Numbered from the stretch's first letter, positions 14,715 through 26,639 are shown. The stretch: 64,000 nucleotides of DNA from Vicugna vicugna (GCA_013265495.1 MU057487.1:620001-684000), one strand, 5' to 3'. Numbers and translations: made by a program. The notes: generated from the sequence alone by a model not told the origin.

Positions 14715-17700
14715 AAACCCCCACACTGCAGTGAATGTGTAAGAGAAGCTGCATGGAAAATATAGTGGTTTGCCCCTTGCTTTCTCTCTCCTGGGTTTTT
14801 CTACTTTCTAACATGGAAACAGATGTGGTGCATGCCATCAAGAATGAGGAACCATTTACGTGCCATGGTTTGCACGACTGCCTTAATTTGATTGTCCATC
14901 GTTCTTAAAAGGACACTGTCAAGCTGTTAGTCCTTTTGCTTTTCTTATGTTTTGATGCAAAGATGCACACTTTTCCCTGTTCTAGAGATTCACTTTTGTC
15001 TGTGACTCCCACTCACAGGCTTGAAAGTGAATTTTCCCCTCTTCGCAAATTTGTCAGCTTCCCCTTGGCAAACAGAGCTCTTTCTTTATTTTATTTTTCT
15101 TTTCTTTTGCCTTTTGTTTGCTGCTGCACAAATGTTTGACATGATCCTGTCTGCATTCGAGTAAAAGCCATGACTTGAACTCATGGAAGAGTTCCATGAT
15201 GTCAGTTTGAGGGGGTGGGCACCAGCATGAGCCTCTCTCTGCTGGGAGCCTCCCATGCCCTGGGGAGCGCAAAACCAAAGAAACAAAAGTTTTGTGAGTC
15301 CTACAAAAAATGAGTTTTGCAAAAAAAAAAAATTGTTTTCCCAGAATTCTGAGTGCTTTTATCAGATTTTCCCCATCTGATAAAAACATTGCATGTTTGG
15401 TCCAATTTTTGACCTTTAGTTCTTGACAGTGTCTCTTTAAGTCAACAAAAGAACATAGACCATGTTCAATTCATTGTGCACGGAGTCTGTGGTCATTTTC
15501 AGCTGTTCCTTTACAGCCCTTCAAACTCCTGGGAGAGTCAAAGGTACACATTCCTGCAGCAGGAGGGAGCCCACTGATGGGGTGTCTGTGGCTTGAGTAG
15601 CTCTTCAGATGCTACCAAACCTGGCCATGGAGCCCAGTGAATGGGGCCCTAAGTCTCTTCTCTTCACTCAGTGGAGTGCATTGGGAAGTCATGTTCTGAC
15701 ATTCCCTAGAAAAGCCCAAATAGAAAGAAAGAGTGTGGGTCAGTCAAATCATACCGAATCCTAGAGGTTGGGAGGACTCTGTGCTTCTAGATCAGAGCAA
15801 CTCTAGTCTGCTTGGATATATTCTCTGTAACTTTCCCAAGTCAAAAAGCATTGAGTGTTTCTTGTGCCAAAGGTTGAGTCTGACCAAGGACACAGTAAGG
15901 ACAGCCCGATTATGACAGCTGCTGGCTGCCTGTCAGAAAGGATTGATGGGACTAGCAGATGTGCATGTCTTGTCATGACAGCAGGGCCAGAGAGAGAGGG
16001 AAGTCCCCTAACATTTCATGACTTAAAAGTGAGTGACTAAAAGCAAAAACAAAGACCAAAAGTGGGTGCATCCTTGGTAGGTGACAAAAAAATTATGCAT
16101 CAGCAAGGCTAACAGGTAGTTGTAAAGAACTTTTGAAATAAGATCTATTCAAGCTGTCTTTCTGGATACAGTAAAGTATCAGGAAGAGATAGGTAGCTTT
16201 CAAGTTGTGTGCCATAGACTAAGACTGGCTATTCTTAGTCATGGTTTTTCCCGCAAAAATTAAAAAAAAAAAAGATATGTTCTTTTTGTGACTTTCAGCT
16301 CCCATAGCTTTTGTGAACAAGCCAGGCAAAGAGACTAGTGATAGAAATAAAGTTGCCTACTGGACCATTATGGTCTGTGTAGATCTCTCCTGCCTCTGAG
16401 GAATAGTCCCTGCAGAGCATGCAACTGCCCTATATTTCCAGGGCAAACTGTGAGGACTCCAGGTACTACTGAAGAGCATCAAAAGCCTTGCTATTAAAAT
16501 TACAGGTCTGGAAGCATGGAGCACAGAAAAACATGATAATGCTTGACCTGAACTTTCTTCAAAAGGAACATTATTTGGGCTCATCTATACTTCCTGGAAG
16601 AATGGAGTTACACCTGGTATACCACTCTGAAACAATGCTCCTGTACCAACACGATGTCTTAAATCAACTTTGGCACCAGAATTCCGTCCTTCAGCCAGTA
16701 ATCATGATTAGGTTGGACCAAAGGCCATTTAATGTGTACTTAGAACAGGTTTAATAATCATCAGAATTCTACTTTTTAGTTCGAAATAGATTTGTCAATT
16801 TTCTCTAGACAGTGGACCCAGTGCCCAGACAAAGTTGATGGGGTCTTCCATACTTTATCAACCTTGATGAGGTAATTTCACTTGTGGATGCCTTTTTCTT
16901 TATTAATTCATTAGAGAAAGCACAAGTCTTAATGAAAGCAAACTGATTTTCTTTATGCTGTCTTTTACCCTGAATTGTATAAATTTAGGATATTCAACGT
17001 GGTTGATCTAAAGACTTTAAAAAGAGGACTGTATATTTAGATTTAGTAATATTGTCAATTTCTGCAAGCCATGTGGTTTTCTGATCAGCTTACGATGAGG
17101 TAAGAATCAAAGAGGAGAGAGGGAAAATTCATAATGCTATTTAAGATTTAGTATCAGCAGAAACGACTACATTCTCATGTAATCAGAAAGCATTTGTCTT
17201 CAACAACACGTTCAAATCTTCTCTACCTTACAAGTAGTGGTGAGTGAAAAAGGTGAGAAATTTTAAATATGTTCAGATAAGCTTCCAGAGAACATAAACT
17301 GAATATGCAGAATTTTTCTGGAAACCTTTCAAGAAATGAAATTGGAGTCAGTGGAAGTCCTTTGTATTGAAGATTAGCTTGGGGTTGCCTGGAAAGCAGG
17401 GGTCTGATTCAAAATGGCTTCAAATAGTACCTGTGCCTGAAATGCTGCAAGAATCACTATTCAGACTGCATTCTGGTGCCAGCTTGCTGAAGCAGGTGGA
17501 GGTGAGATACCCGGACAGTGCAGCTCTTGCATTCCATCTGGAGTGTCTCGGCTGGGGTGGCACCATCCCTTCCTTGAAAGGCCGTGTGTCCCAGCCGTAG
17601 CCGCAGGGCCACAGCAGAACTGTCCGCAAGCCTGTGGCTGTGATTTGCTTTCTTTACTTGGTGAGCCGTTCTCCCCATGCTGTGACTCAATGACATTTCC

Positions 17701-20700
17701 TGTTTCCATTTTTCGTCTTCAAAGAAAACAAATGCTACCCTCCTCCTGTGCCAATGAGTGAGTCTTCCCTCCTTGTGGGGAGGTCTGGGCTTGTCTGTGG
17801 GCTCTCTGGATGCCGTCCTTGTGTCTGTGGTGCAGCTATTAAGCCTAGTGGCAAAGACTTGAGTTGGACATAAGGGAGACAGGTGTTGTGCTAGCTTCCC
17901 CCTCAGGCAGCTTGTGCAGGATGCTTCCCTCCTGATCTCAAACACCCACCCACTGGTGTTCCCATTTTAGACCTCTCTGGAGCGGAGAGCAGTGTACTCT
18001 GCAGATGTAACTAGTACTTACTGAAACATATAAAACAGACAGGATTGCTCCGAACGCAAAAGATACACTAATCTGTTTACACCACCCACTTCTAAGTATT
18101 CTCTCCAGTGCTGTAAATACTGGGTTTTCTGTTTGGGGGGATTGTGATACTTGCCAAATGAAAGGAAAACCAAAGCAAGATCCCAAGCCTGTTGTAGCTG
18201 GAGCTGCAGCCCTCAGCCCACTATCAGCGTGCAGTATCCTCTCCATCTCTACTTCCTCCCAGGCCTCGCTGCGGTTTCCCCCAGTTACTTCAATGTCAGT
18301 AAATATCCTTAGCCACAGGTATTTACTGCCTTGGAGCTTCAAAAAGAGATTAAATCTTTTATCTGTCTTTTGAAGTGAGAGCAAGAAGGATTGGGTGCTT
18401 TGTGACAATTCCGTGGTGTTTCTAAGCCCGGTTGCTTTTCCTAAGATTAGGAAACCAAGTAAAATTACATAATAGAAGGAAGTGGCTGGTGACTGGAACA
18501 CAAGGTATTAAAGTTACCTGGGAGTAAGGAAGAGTCTTGTTTCATAGTAATATTGCATCTCTATAAAGCATTAATTCCTTTTTGCTGCGCCATATTTTAT
18601 ACATTTTTCTCTTCTTAATATCACAGCAATGGGCTTCCAACATTTTCAAATTGGATAGTCGCTTTTTACACCTAAACAGTTATTAAACCTACACCTGAAT
18701 CTGTGATAGTAATTGTACACTTATGAGTGGCCACTTGAACACAAAGCACAAAAAAAGGCTTCTCAGAATTTAGTTACACTTTTACCTAAAAGCATTTTGC
18801 ATTTAAAAATAGCAGAGCATATTCTACAAAGACATAATATTGATTTCGCCTTAAAATAATACTTGATGCATGTGTGGATTCATGGACCATTCAAGCTGGC
18901 TAAAGCATAGGTTTATCTAATCCAGAAGGACCAAAGTTTATACCCTGCTGCTATGAGACAATGAGTTTCTATGAGATGATGCATTTTCTCTGCTATCTCT
19001 GGTTTTGTCCTTGGGGAAAAAAAAAAGGTTAATCTAATTTTCTTAATCTGACAGATTCCCTGGGGCATTGGAACTGTTTTCTAATTAAACAGTACTTTCC
19101 AGAAAATCTGGAGCAAGACTCTGAGGGGAAAGAAAGCTGCTAATTTGGACAGCCAGGGTGACGATCTCCCATCACAGGCATAGAAGTGGTACTGGATTAA
19201 AACAACTAAATTGTAATCATATCTGTCTGAAAGATGATTAATACTGCCTTTTACATATGGAAGTACATGATGGAAAAAGAGGCTCATTTGGAACCCCTGG
19301 ACAAGAAGGAAAACAACCCGTGTGAGGGAGTGAGTGGGTGAAGTCAGTCCCAGGAATACAAGGCGGCCTTTTTTGCTGGTATATATGGAGACTGGAGCAA
19401 TGTTGTACTTGCATATTTAAGCGTACTGACTGAATTGGGTCAGACTAGCTCTCAAGGGAATTGATTTTTTAAACACCCACACACACACAGACACACAAAT
19501 ACACACCCCTAAATGAAGACGCAAGGCAGCCTTTGAGTTTAGCGATTTTCTTAGTGAACATGGAGAGGCAGACATTTGGAGAAGGAAAAAGTGTTTCCAT
19601 TGCAGCTGAAAGGGGTGCAAAGCATTGAGGCTGGAAAGTACACTACAGCAAGGCAAGAGGCAACTAGGTAGTTTTGTACTTTCTAGAAGAGGCATATTAA
19701 ATCTATAAAGAGAGAAGAAGTGTGAGTAGAGTGGGAGATGGAGGAAACTGAGAAAGATCAAAGTGGGAGGCAAGCTTACCCAGAGTTTCAAAGGCAGAAG
19801 AGGAACTGTGGATTCTGGTCTTGCCTTTGGCTGGCTGGTTGACTGCTGTTCTCGCCAGGAACACACAGGCTCATTCTTTAGTTTGCTCAACTCAAAAGTG
19901 TCAGCTATTCTGACAAGACAGTGTAGAAGCCGACAAGTCAGCAATTTCACATGTACCTGCACTTACACATTCTCAGGGAGTATATTTGCATACATTTGAG
20001 TGAAACATTAATTTTGATACAGTATTTTGGAGATGAGACTTTTCTTGGACAATTAAAAATACAGCATAGATTATCAGATATATCGATGAACTACCTTCCT
20101 CCCAAATAATGAGATAATTTTAGCTGTTAACATCTATTTTAGAACCTTTATAGCCAAATTGTCTATAATTGATAACAGATTTTCTACACAAATTTGTACT
20201 TATTTGACTCACTTCACTTTTCAGGATTATAAATGTGGCCCTCACATATAATTTTTGAAGTATTCATCCTTGTATTTTCAAAGTTATTAAATAAACCGTT
20301 ATGTTAACTCTTGATCATTTCCTACATTTTTCCAAACAAAAGACTGTGATAGGAAATAGTCTATTTCACATATCCACCTACGAAAAACACCCATTTTCCC
20401 TCTTCCTTTTAATGTCAAAATGTATCATTATTGTTCTACGTTCTCTGTTGTTTTCATGGGTACAAAGAAAAAGCAAACTCCTGAAAAACAAGAAGGAAAA
20501 AATGATTTCCTGATTTAAGTATTAACACTCTTGTTATTGATAGCTTGCTATGGTAAGGTACCACCATCTGCTAAAAATTATACAGAAAATAAGCTGAGTC
20601 CAAAAGTGAGACCAGTTATTAGAACACAGAGAATAGAATTTGTAGTTATGCACACAGTGCATCTCACTTTTTTCTTCTTCAGTGATACATTCTCTCTGGT

Positions 20701-21409
20701 TGGTTTTATGAGCATCCCATGAAGACGAAAGTTGGTAAGGGTGGAGGACGGCTGGTACCCTAAGATATTTTTCTTCATGGATGCTCAGTGAGGAAAAGGC
20801 TGGGCAGAGGTCTTTGTCTCAGTAACTTCTGCTCTGTCTGAATCTTAATTTTGTCTCATTTGCACCAAACTATGTGAGAGGACTAACGCAGGCCATGGGC
20901 ATTTGAATTTTTCTGGGCCTTTCAGTTCTCTTTTAAACACACCTGGTTAAATGTTCCCAGTATGAAAATCCTAAACTAGCTGCTACGAGTGAATCACTGT
21001 GATCCACTATATGTGTCTGTAATAACACTTTGCAATTAAAAAACAAAAAAGAAAGTTATAAAGCTCTTAAATGGAACATGGGTCTGGGTTTTTCTGTCAT
21101 CTCCTTTTTTTTCTCTTCTGTACAGGTGCCATGTGCATGACCATCCTGCCCCTGTTACCACAGGAAATACCTGCGTATCAGAATGGGCAGCAGAGAGGAT
21201 GTATTTTATAACCCTGCAGGATGATGAAAGTAGCTTTATGCGTGGGCTTTAATTTGTTCCACGGACTAAGAAGAAAGGGGGCGATAGCTATGGTCATAAT
21301 GGTCTGTTGTCCATGTGTAACTAAGATTTTATTTTTAATTTATTTCCTCCATCGATTTTGGAATCTTGTAAAGGTTTCATTGAGCAACAGTTTTACCATC
21401 GCCTTAGAA

Positions 21410-21448
21410 TGTGTGTGTGTGTGTGTGTGTCTATGTGTATGTGTGTGT
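21410..21448 (+). repeat. Imperfect (TG)n microsatellite in the last GRM1 intron
   Basis: Directly visible. Confidence 0.9.
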
Positions 21449-21760
21449 CTAACAACTGTGAAATCTTAGACCTAAATGAAAATAGCAGCTTCTGCAACAA
21501 GCTGACTTTTCTCCCCTACAACTTTTTCAGGGTCAAAAATGCCCTGCCTGGTTGTGGAGTTGACGGAATCACTGGCTGCAGCTTCAGAGGCAACTTTTGG
21601 CGTTTGATCTGCAGCAAGGAGAGGCTGGGGGTGTGGAGGACAGGCATACAGTGGAGGGGGGAGTCAAACTGCTTTCAGCTGGGCTTGCAAATGTTTTATA
21701 TGTATGTTTCCTGTGTGCATGACATATCTGCAAATAAACCCATCTCTATTTTATTCATAG

Positions 21761-22688
21761 TTCTAATGGCAAGTCTGTGTCATGGTCTGAACCAGGTGGA
21801 AGACAGGTGCCCAAAGGACAGCACATGTGGCACCGCCTCTCTGTGCACGTGAAGACCAGTGAGACGGCCTGCAACCAGACAGCCGTCATCAAACCCCTCA
21901 CTAAAAGTTACCAAGGCTCCGGAAAGAGCCTGACCTTTTCAGATACCAGCACCAAGACCCTTTACAACGTGGAGGAGGAGGACGCCCAGCCGGTTGGCTT
22001 CAGCCCTCCCAGCAGTCCTTCGATGGTGGTGCACCGACGCGTGCCAGCCGCGGTGAGCACCCCGCCTCTGCCGCCCCACCTGACTGCAGAGGAGACCCCC
22101 CTCTTCCTGGCCGACCCGGCCGTCCCCAAGGGCTTGCCCCCTCCCCTCCAGCAGCCGCCGCCGCCCCCGCCACAGCCGCCGCAGAAATCTCTCCTGGACC
22201 AGCTGCAGGGGGTGGTCACCAATTTCAGCACCGGGATCCCGGCTTTCAGCGCGGTGCTCGCAGTCCCTGGGGGTCCGGGAAACGGCGTGCGGTCCCTGTT
22301 CCCGCCCCCGGCGGTGCCTCAGCACCTGCAGATGCTGCCGCTGCAGCTGAGCGCCTTCGGGGAGGAGCCCGCCTCCTCGCCAGCCGAGGACGACGACGAG
22401 GATGACAGCGAGAGGTTCAAGCTCCTGCAGGAGTACCTGTATGAGCGGGAGGGCAACACGGAGGAAGACGAGCTGGAAGAGGAGGAGGAGGACCTGCAGG
22501 TGGCCAGCAAACCGACCCTAGAGGATTCGCCGGCCCTGACGCCTCCGTCCCCCTTCCGCGACTCGGTGGCCTCGGGTAGCTCGGTGCCCAGCTCCCCGGT
22601 GTCCGAGTCGGTGCTGTGCACGCCTCCCAACGTGGCCTACGCCTCTGTCATTCTGAGGGACTATAAGCAGAGCTCTTCCACCCTGTAG
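21761..22688 (+). CDS. GRM1: GRM1 terminal coding exon: long intracellular C-tail of mGlu1a (partial CDS, phase-2 acceptor)
   Basis: Acceptor ttattcatag|T at 21760/21761. Translation reads SNGKSVSWSEPGG...LTPPSPFRDSVASGSS...ILRDYKQSSSTL* (TAG 22686-22688) and matches the known mGlu1a tail, including Pro-rich and acidic tracts, the Homer ligand PPSPF and the C-terminal PDZ ligand SSTL. The ORF track start at 21777 is an internal GTG, not a real start. Confidence 0.98.
21796..21862 (+). CDS. GRM1: GRM1 alternative acceptor 35 nt inside the terminal exon: mGlu1d-type frameshifted tail
   Basis: AG at 21794-21795 (gaaccag|gtgg) lies exactly 35 nt after the main acceptor, matching the known 35-nt deletion of mGlu1d. 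It reads (K)WKTGAQRTAHVAPPLCAREDQ* (TGA 21860-21862). Use in this species is not shown. Confidence 0.7.
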
Positions 22689-22880
22689 GGAGGGGGTGTC
22701 CACAGGGAAACGCAGAGGTGTCGACGAGCAGCAGCACCTCCGGAGACAGAAAGCTGGAGAAGCGGAGGCTGGAGGGTGAAGTCAGGAGCAAGGAGGAGGC
22801 CGCTGCGGCTGCCTTAGTAAGGTGGGCGGGCGAGATGCTGGACTGCGCAAGCAAAAAGTGATCCGGGAGAGGATTCCGAT
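21860..22880. promoter_or_regulatory. CpG-island-like stretch over the GRM1 terminal exon
   Basis: Visibly high GC and CpG density against AT-rich, CpG-poor flanks. Confidence 0.65.
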
Positions 22881-25445
22881 TCTTGAATTACTCAAAAGCC
22901 TTCTCTGGGAAGAAAGGGAGTTCTGACAAAGCACAATCCCATATAGTATTTAACTTTTATTGCAAAAAAAAAAAAACAAATAAAATCAACCAACATAATC
23001 TTTTCAGACAGTTGCGCATAGATAATGCATGCCCACACACTCTTGGCCACCTTGAAAGAGGACAGCGCATGGGAACCACCCAGCTGAATCATTAGCTCAC
23101 CATCATGGTATTCCTAGCGAGGATGGCGGAGCCAGACAGAGCAGATGGGTGACGGAGGGGCAGACACAGAACCACCCAGAGAACAGTGATGAACAGCAGC
23201 TCATTGCTCTCAAGCCCTTCTCCCTGCTGGGTCCACAGTGTCTCCAGGACACTCAGAACCCGCCCCAAAAGGGGCCTCTCTTCACCCCCTGCACCACATC
23301 CAGGGCCAGCCTCGCTATCACCCTTGGAGAAAGGTGTGTGTGTGGGCACCTGCTGCTCTGTGAATTCCCTCTATTTAGGAAAACAGGAATAAGAGCAAAA
23401 TCATCACCAAAAAGCACTCCATTAGGAGTGCTTCCGGAGGATGGGATGAGAAGCAGGATACTACATGAGCTTGGGGCTTTGAACAAGTCAGTCAACAAAA
23501 TCGGCTTCCCACATCTGATACTTGTTTAGTGGTGATTTTGGGAAAAGGCCAGACAAGATTGTTTTGGGAGTGGCAGAAGACTTTTTGTGGATTTGCTTGT
23601 GTGCCAAGGGGGCTCTCCTTGCCCTTTGGTTAAAGAGAACAAACCATGTGGCAGAATTGTTACCTTCCATTTACTGTAGCAAATAATACTTACCAGTTGA
23701 ACTTCTAAGATGCGGTATGTGTACTTGGTGCCATTGTTTCTCCTATGTACTACAGAAACAAATCCATCTTTGAACTTAACAGTGTACTCATAGCAACTAT
23801 TAGTGGTTTCAGTGACAAGATTCAATTGTCACTGAAGTCCCCGTAACTAGCAAGTGAATGTGTTCTTGTGTCCTTGTATATCTGTGATAATAAAATGTGT
23901 GCAATGTAATGTCAAACTAACTGCAACTAGAAGATTGTCTTTCTGATATAGGATTAATATTTTTATGTTCCAATGACGTTTTATATACCATTGCCATCAA
24001 TATCTACAGGGGCTCTTTGAAGGTTTGAGTGCTCTGGTCCAATGTTTTTCATATGCTGCTCAGATGGTCCTTCTTCTTCTAAGAGGGAACTTATTTTTCA
24101 GATATTTTATGATGTGGAAATATGTTATTAACGAAGTGGTTTGAAATTTGTTGTATTAAAAGTTCACAAAAACTGTGGGGAACAATAAAAAGGTACATTT
24201 TATAAATTTGCAGACATCATGATTAAAACGTAAGATTGAAATGACGGTATTTATGTTATTTCAAGTTACTTTAGTTTTTTGGGGTTTTTTTGTTTTTTTG
24301 TTTTTTTTTGAATTTTCCACAGCTACTTGAGCTTGAGCTTAACACATATACTAACCTCTGAGTCTGGTCATGATTTCTCAAATTATTTATTCATTACTTT
24401 TTCATTTTTTTAAATTTTTATTTCCATGTTCTTTAAATTCCTATCTATGCTGTCTTAACTCATCTTTTTATTTTTGTTATTTGCAGTGTGTAATATCCAC
24501 GTGCGTGTAATTTGGTTGTTTTACTTCTGATCTCACTTTTTACCCCTAATAAGAGAGATTTTTCTTGCTGTTTTGATTTCTTGTATTATTTGGGGATGAA
24601 TCAGATCCCCTTAAATATCTTTGTTTATGCCTTATGTTCAGTCATGTTTAATATGCTTCCTTCCTGTTGAAGCTGCTGATTTCTTAGCCAAAAATCATCT
24701 CAGAACATTTAAATACACATGGTATCATTTATTCAGTTTAACATCCACTCCAATGTTTGAGACTCACATTCTTATGTCTTCCCATATTCTACTGCCAAGT
24801 TTAGTCAGTTTTATATCAAGAATAGACTGCCTTTCCTTTAAAAAAAATTATTGCACCTTTGGGAGAAAGACCTCACGACTGAGGTGGATTTCAGTTCCAT
24901 ATTTTCATTGTCATGAAGCAGAATGAGGAAAATGGATGGTTCCAGTGCTTAATAGATAGTCTACTAATTGGCCAACTAGCAAGGGAAAGCATACTGTCTA
25001 TTATTAGAGAAACATGTATTTTATTTTAACACCAGTGACGCATGTCCTTGAATCAGGACTTAGGCATTCAGATATTTTTAAAGTAAGAATAGATCAGGAG
25101 AAGTGCTTCTACTATTCAAGCAATCCGTCAGTTTGCTCTGAGGTTTCAGTCTGAGGTGTTACACATTCAACACCAGTCACATTATTTCTCTGAATGCCTG
25201 ATATTATCATGACTAAAGTTTTCCTGAATACAATACAGTATTAGCTCTTCTATCATAATTGTTCAAAACTGGAAATGTACACATGTATACCTTATATCAA
25301 AAGGGCAGAAACTCTTCATCTTAATGTACGTGCTTATACAAGTTGTTCAGCTTCTTGTAAAAGTGTTTTCCTTTGGCTCGTTACTGCCTTTTGTCAAATA
25401 ATCTTGACAGTGCTGTATAATAAATATTTTCTATTTATTAAATGT
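22689..25445 (+). other. GRM1: GRM1 3' UTR (~2.75 kb)
   Basis: Follows the stop codon, is essentially free of recognisable transposons, is AU-rich, and ends in a poly(A) signal cluster followed by a GU/U-rich element. The exact end is inferred. Confidence 0.8.
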
Positions 25446-25470
25446 CTATGTCCGTTTTCTGTACTTTGTA
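25414..25470 (+). terminator. GRM1 distal polyadenylation signal region
   Basis: TGTA 25414-25417, AATAAA 25419-25424, ATTAAA 25437-25442, then GU-rich tgtctatgtccgttttctgtactttgt. Confidence 0.8.
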
Positions 25471-26399
25471 AGAGTTGTAACAGAAATTGACTGGTATCAA
25501 AAAATAATTTCAACAGTTTGATTTTGCTCAGAACATATCTTCTAGGTGAAAGCTGGATGGAGATCACCAAGTAAAATGTATAGACCAGGTAGGTGACAAA
25601 GTAGAGTATGATTTGATTATGAGGAAGGTGGTATCTGTAACAGTTTAAAATTGAAATCCAAAAAAACTTCCAGTGTTGTGGCAGACCTTGTCATTTGTCT
25701 TTTGGAAGAATTATGTGAGCCTTGGTGAACTCCAGCATCACCAGCAGAGCTTTAGAGACAGAGGCATCTGAAAGCCCCCATCTGTTTCATTTGTGCCCTG
25801 CACAGCTTTTTTCCCTTTGGCTCCACACTCTAAGGGGACCTGTTTCCTCCCTTGTGGATATCCTCCTGCTCATCCCAAGTCCTATTTCTCTCTATTTCAA
25901 TGGAAACTTCACCGGTCCTCAAAACAAGGGCGCCTCTTTTATTCACATCTCTGGAAAAGATTCCGGCAAAGTAAGGCATCTCAGTTGTCATTCAAAGAGA
26001 AAACTTGGTGGTACCCGGGTCACATCCATGAGATTGTGGTGTGGTTAGAGGGAAAGAGCAGACTCCATCCAAGAAAGATGATGTTGAAGAAATTACCAGA
26101 ATCACCAGGGGGTTCTTCATTGTGCTAAGAAAACAGAATAAGAAATGAAATGAGAGCTTGGTATCTCAGGAGGAAAACCCACAGGGGAGAAAATGAGAAA
26201 CAAAGAATGGTTCGATTCTTTCAGGTGTGTAGTCCAAAGATATGCCCCTATATGGTGGTGGGTCGCATGGGCCTCCACTTGGAGAGCCCAGAAGCTTCCC
26301 CACAACAGAGACATTGGAGGGGTTGGGATTGGGATCCAGATACCACGAACCGTCCCAATAATTTCTACCCTGAGAAGGAATCAAAGAGAAGGCAGGCGA

Positions 26400-26575
26400 C
26401 ATTTTTCTGAACCTGCTCTGTGCCAGAAGTTTTGCAGGTCCTTTGCATTCATTCTTATTTAATCTTCCCAGTACTGCTGCCCCAAGGAATATTTGTCCAA
26501 AGTCTCTCAGCTAGTAAGTGGCTCAGCGGGGCCTTGACCCTCATCCTAAGCCTATGAATCCATGTTCTTCTCCAG
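26400..26575 (-). mobile_element. MIR SINE
   Basis: ctctgtgccag...ttatttaatcttc...ttgtccaaagtctctcagctagtaagtggc matches the MIR reverse complement. Confidence 0.7.
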
Positions 26576-26639
26576 AACCCAGGACAGTGTGCAGGAGCTG
26601 GTATCTGCTGTGACCGCTCCCTCCTCGTATCCCCACAGC

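Noticed and set aside
17457..19962. Long minus-strand ORFs (162, 187 and 181 aa)
   Set aside because: No recognisable domains, non-coding-like composition, and no exon structure support.
21358..21852. 164-aa ORF running into the terminal exon
   Set aside because: Intronic, spans a TG microsatellite and has no recognisable homology.
22686..22820. Stop-codon readthrough extension of mGlu1a
   Set aside because: The TAG-GGA context is not a recognised readthrough motif (e.g. TGA-CTAG), and the open frame is explained by GC content.
21939..22854. Several antisense ORFs over the GRM1 terminal exon
   Set aside because: These are expected shadows of a GC-rich coding exon and give low-complexity translations.
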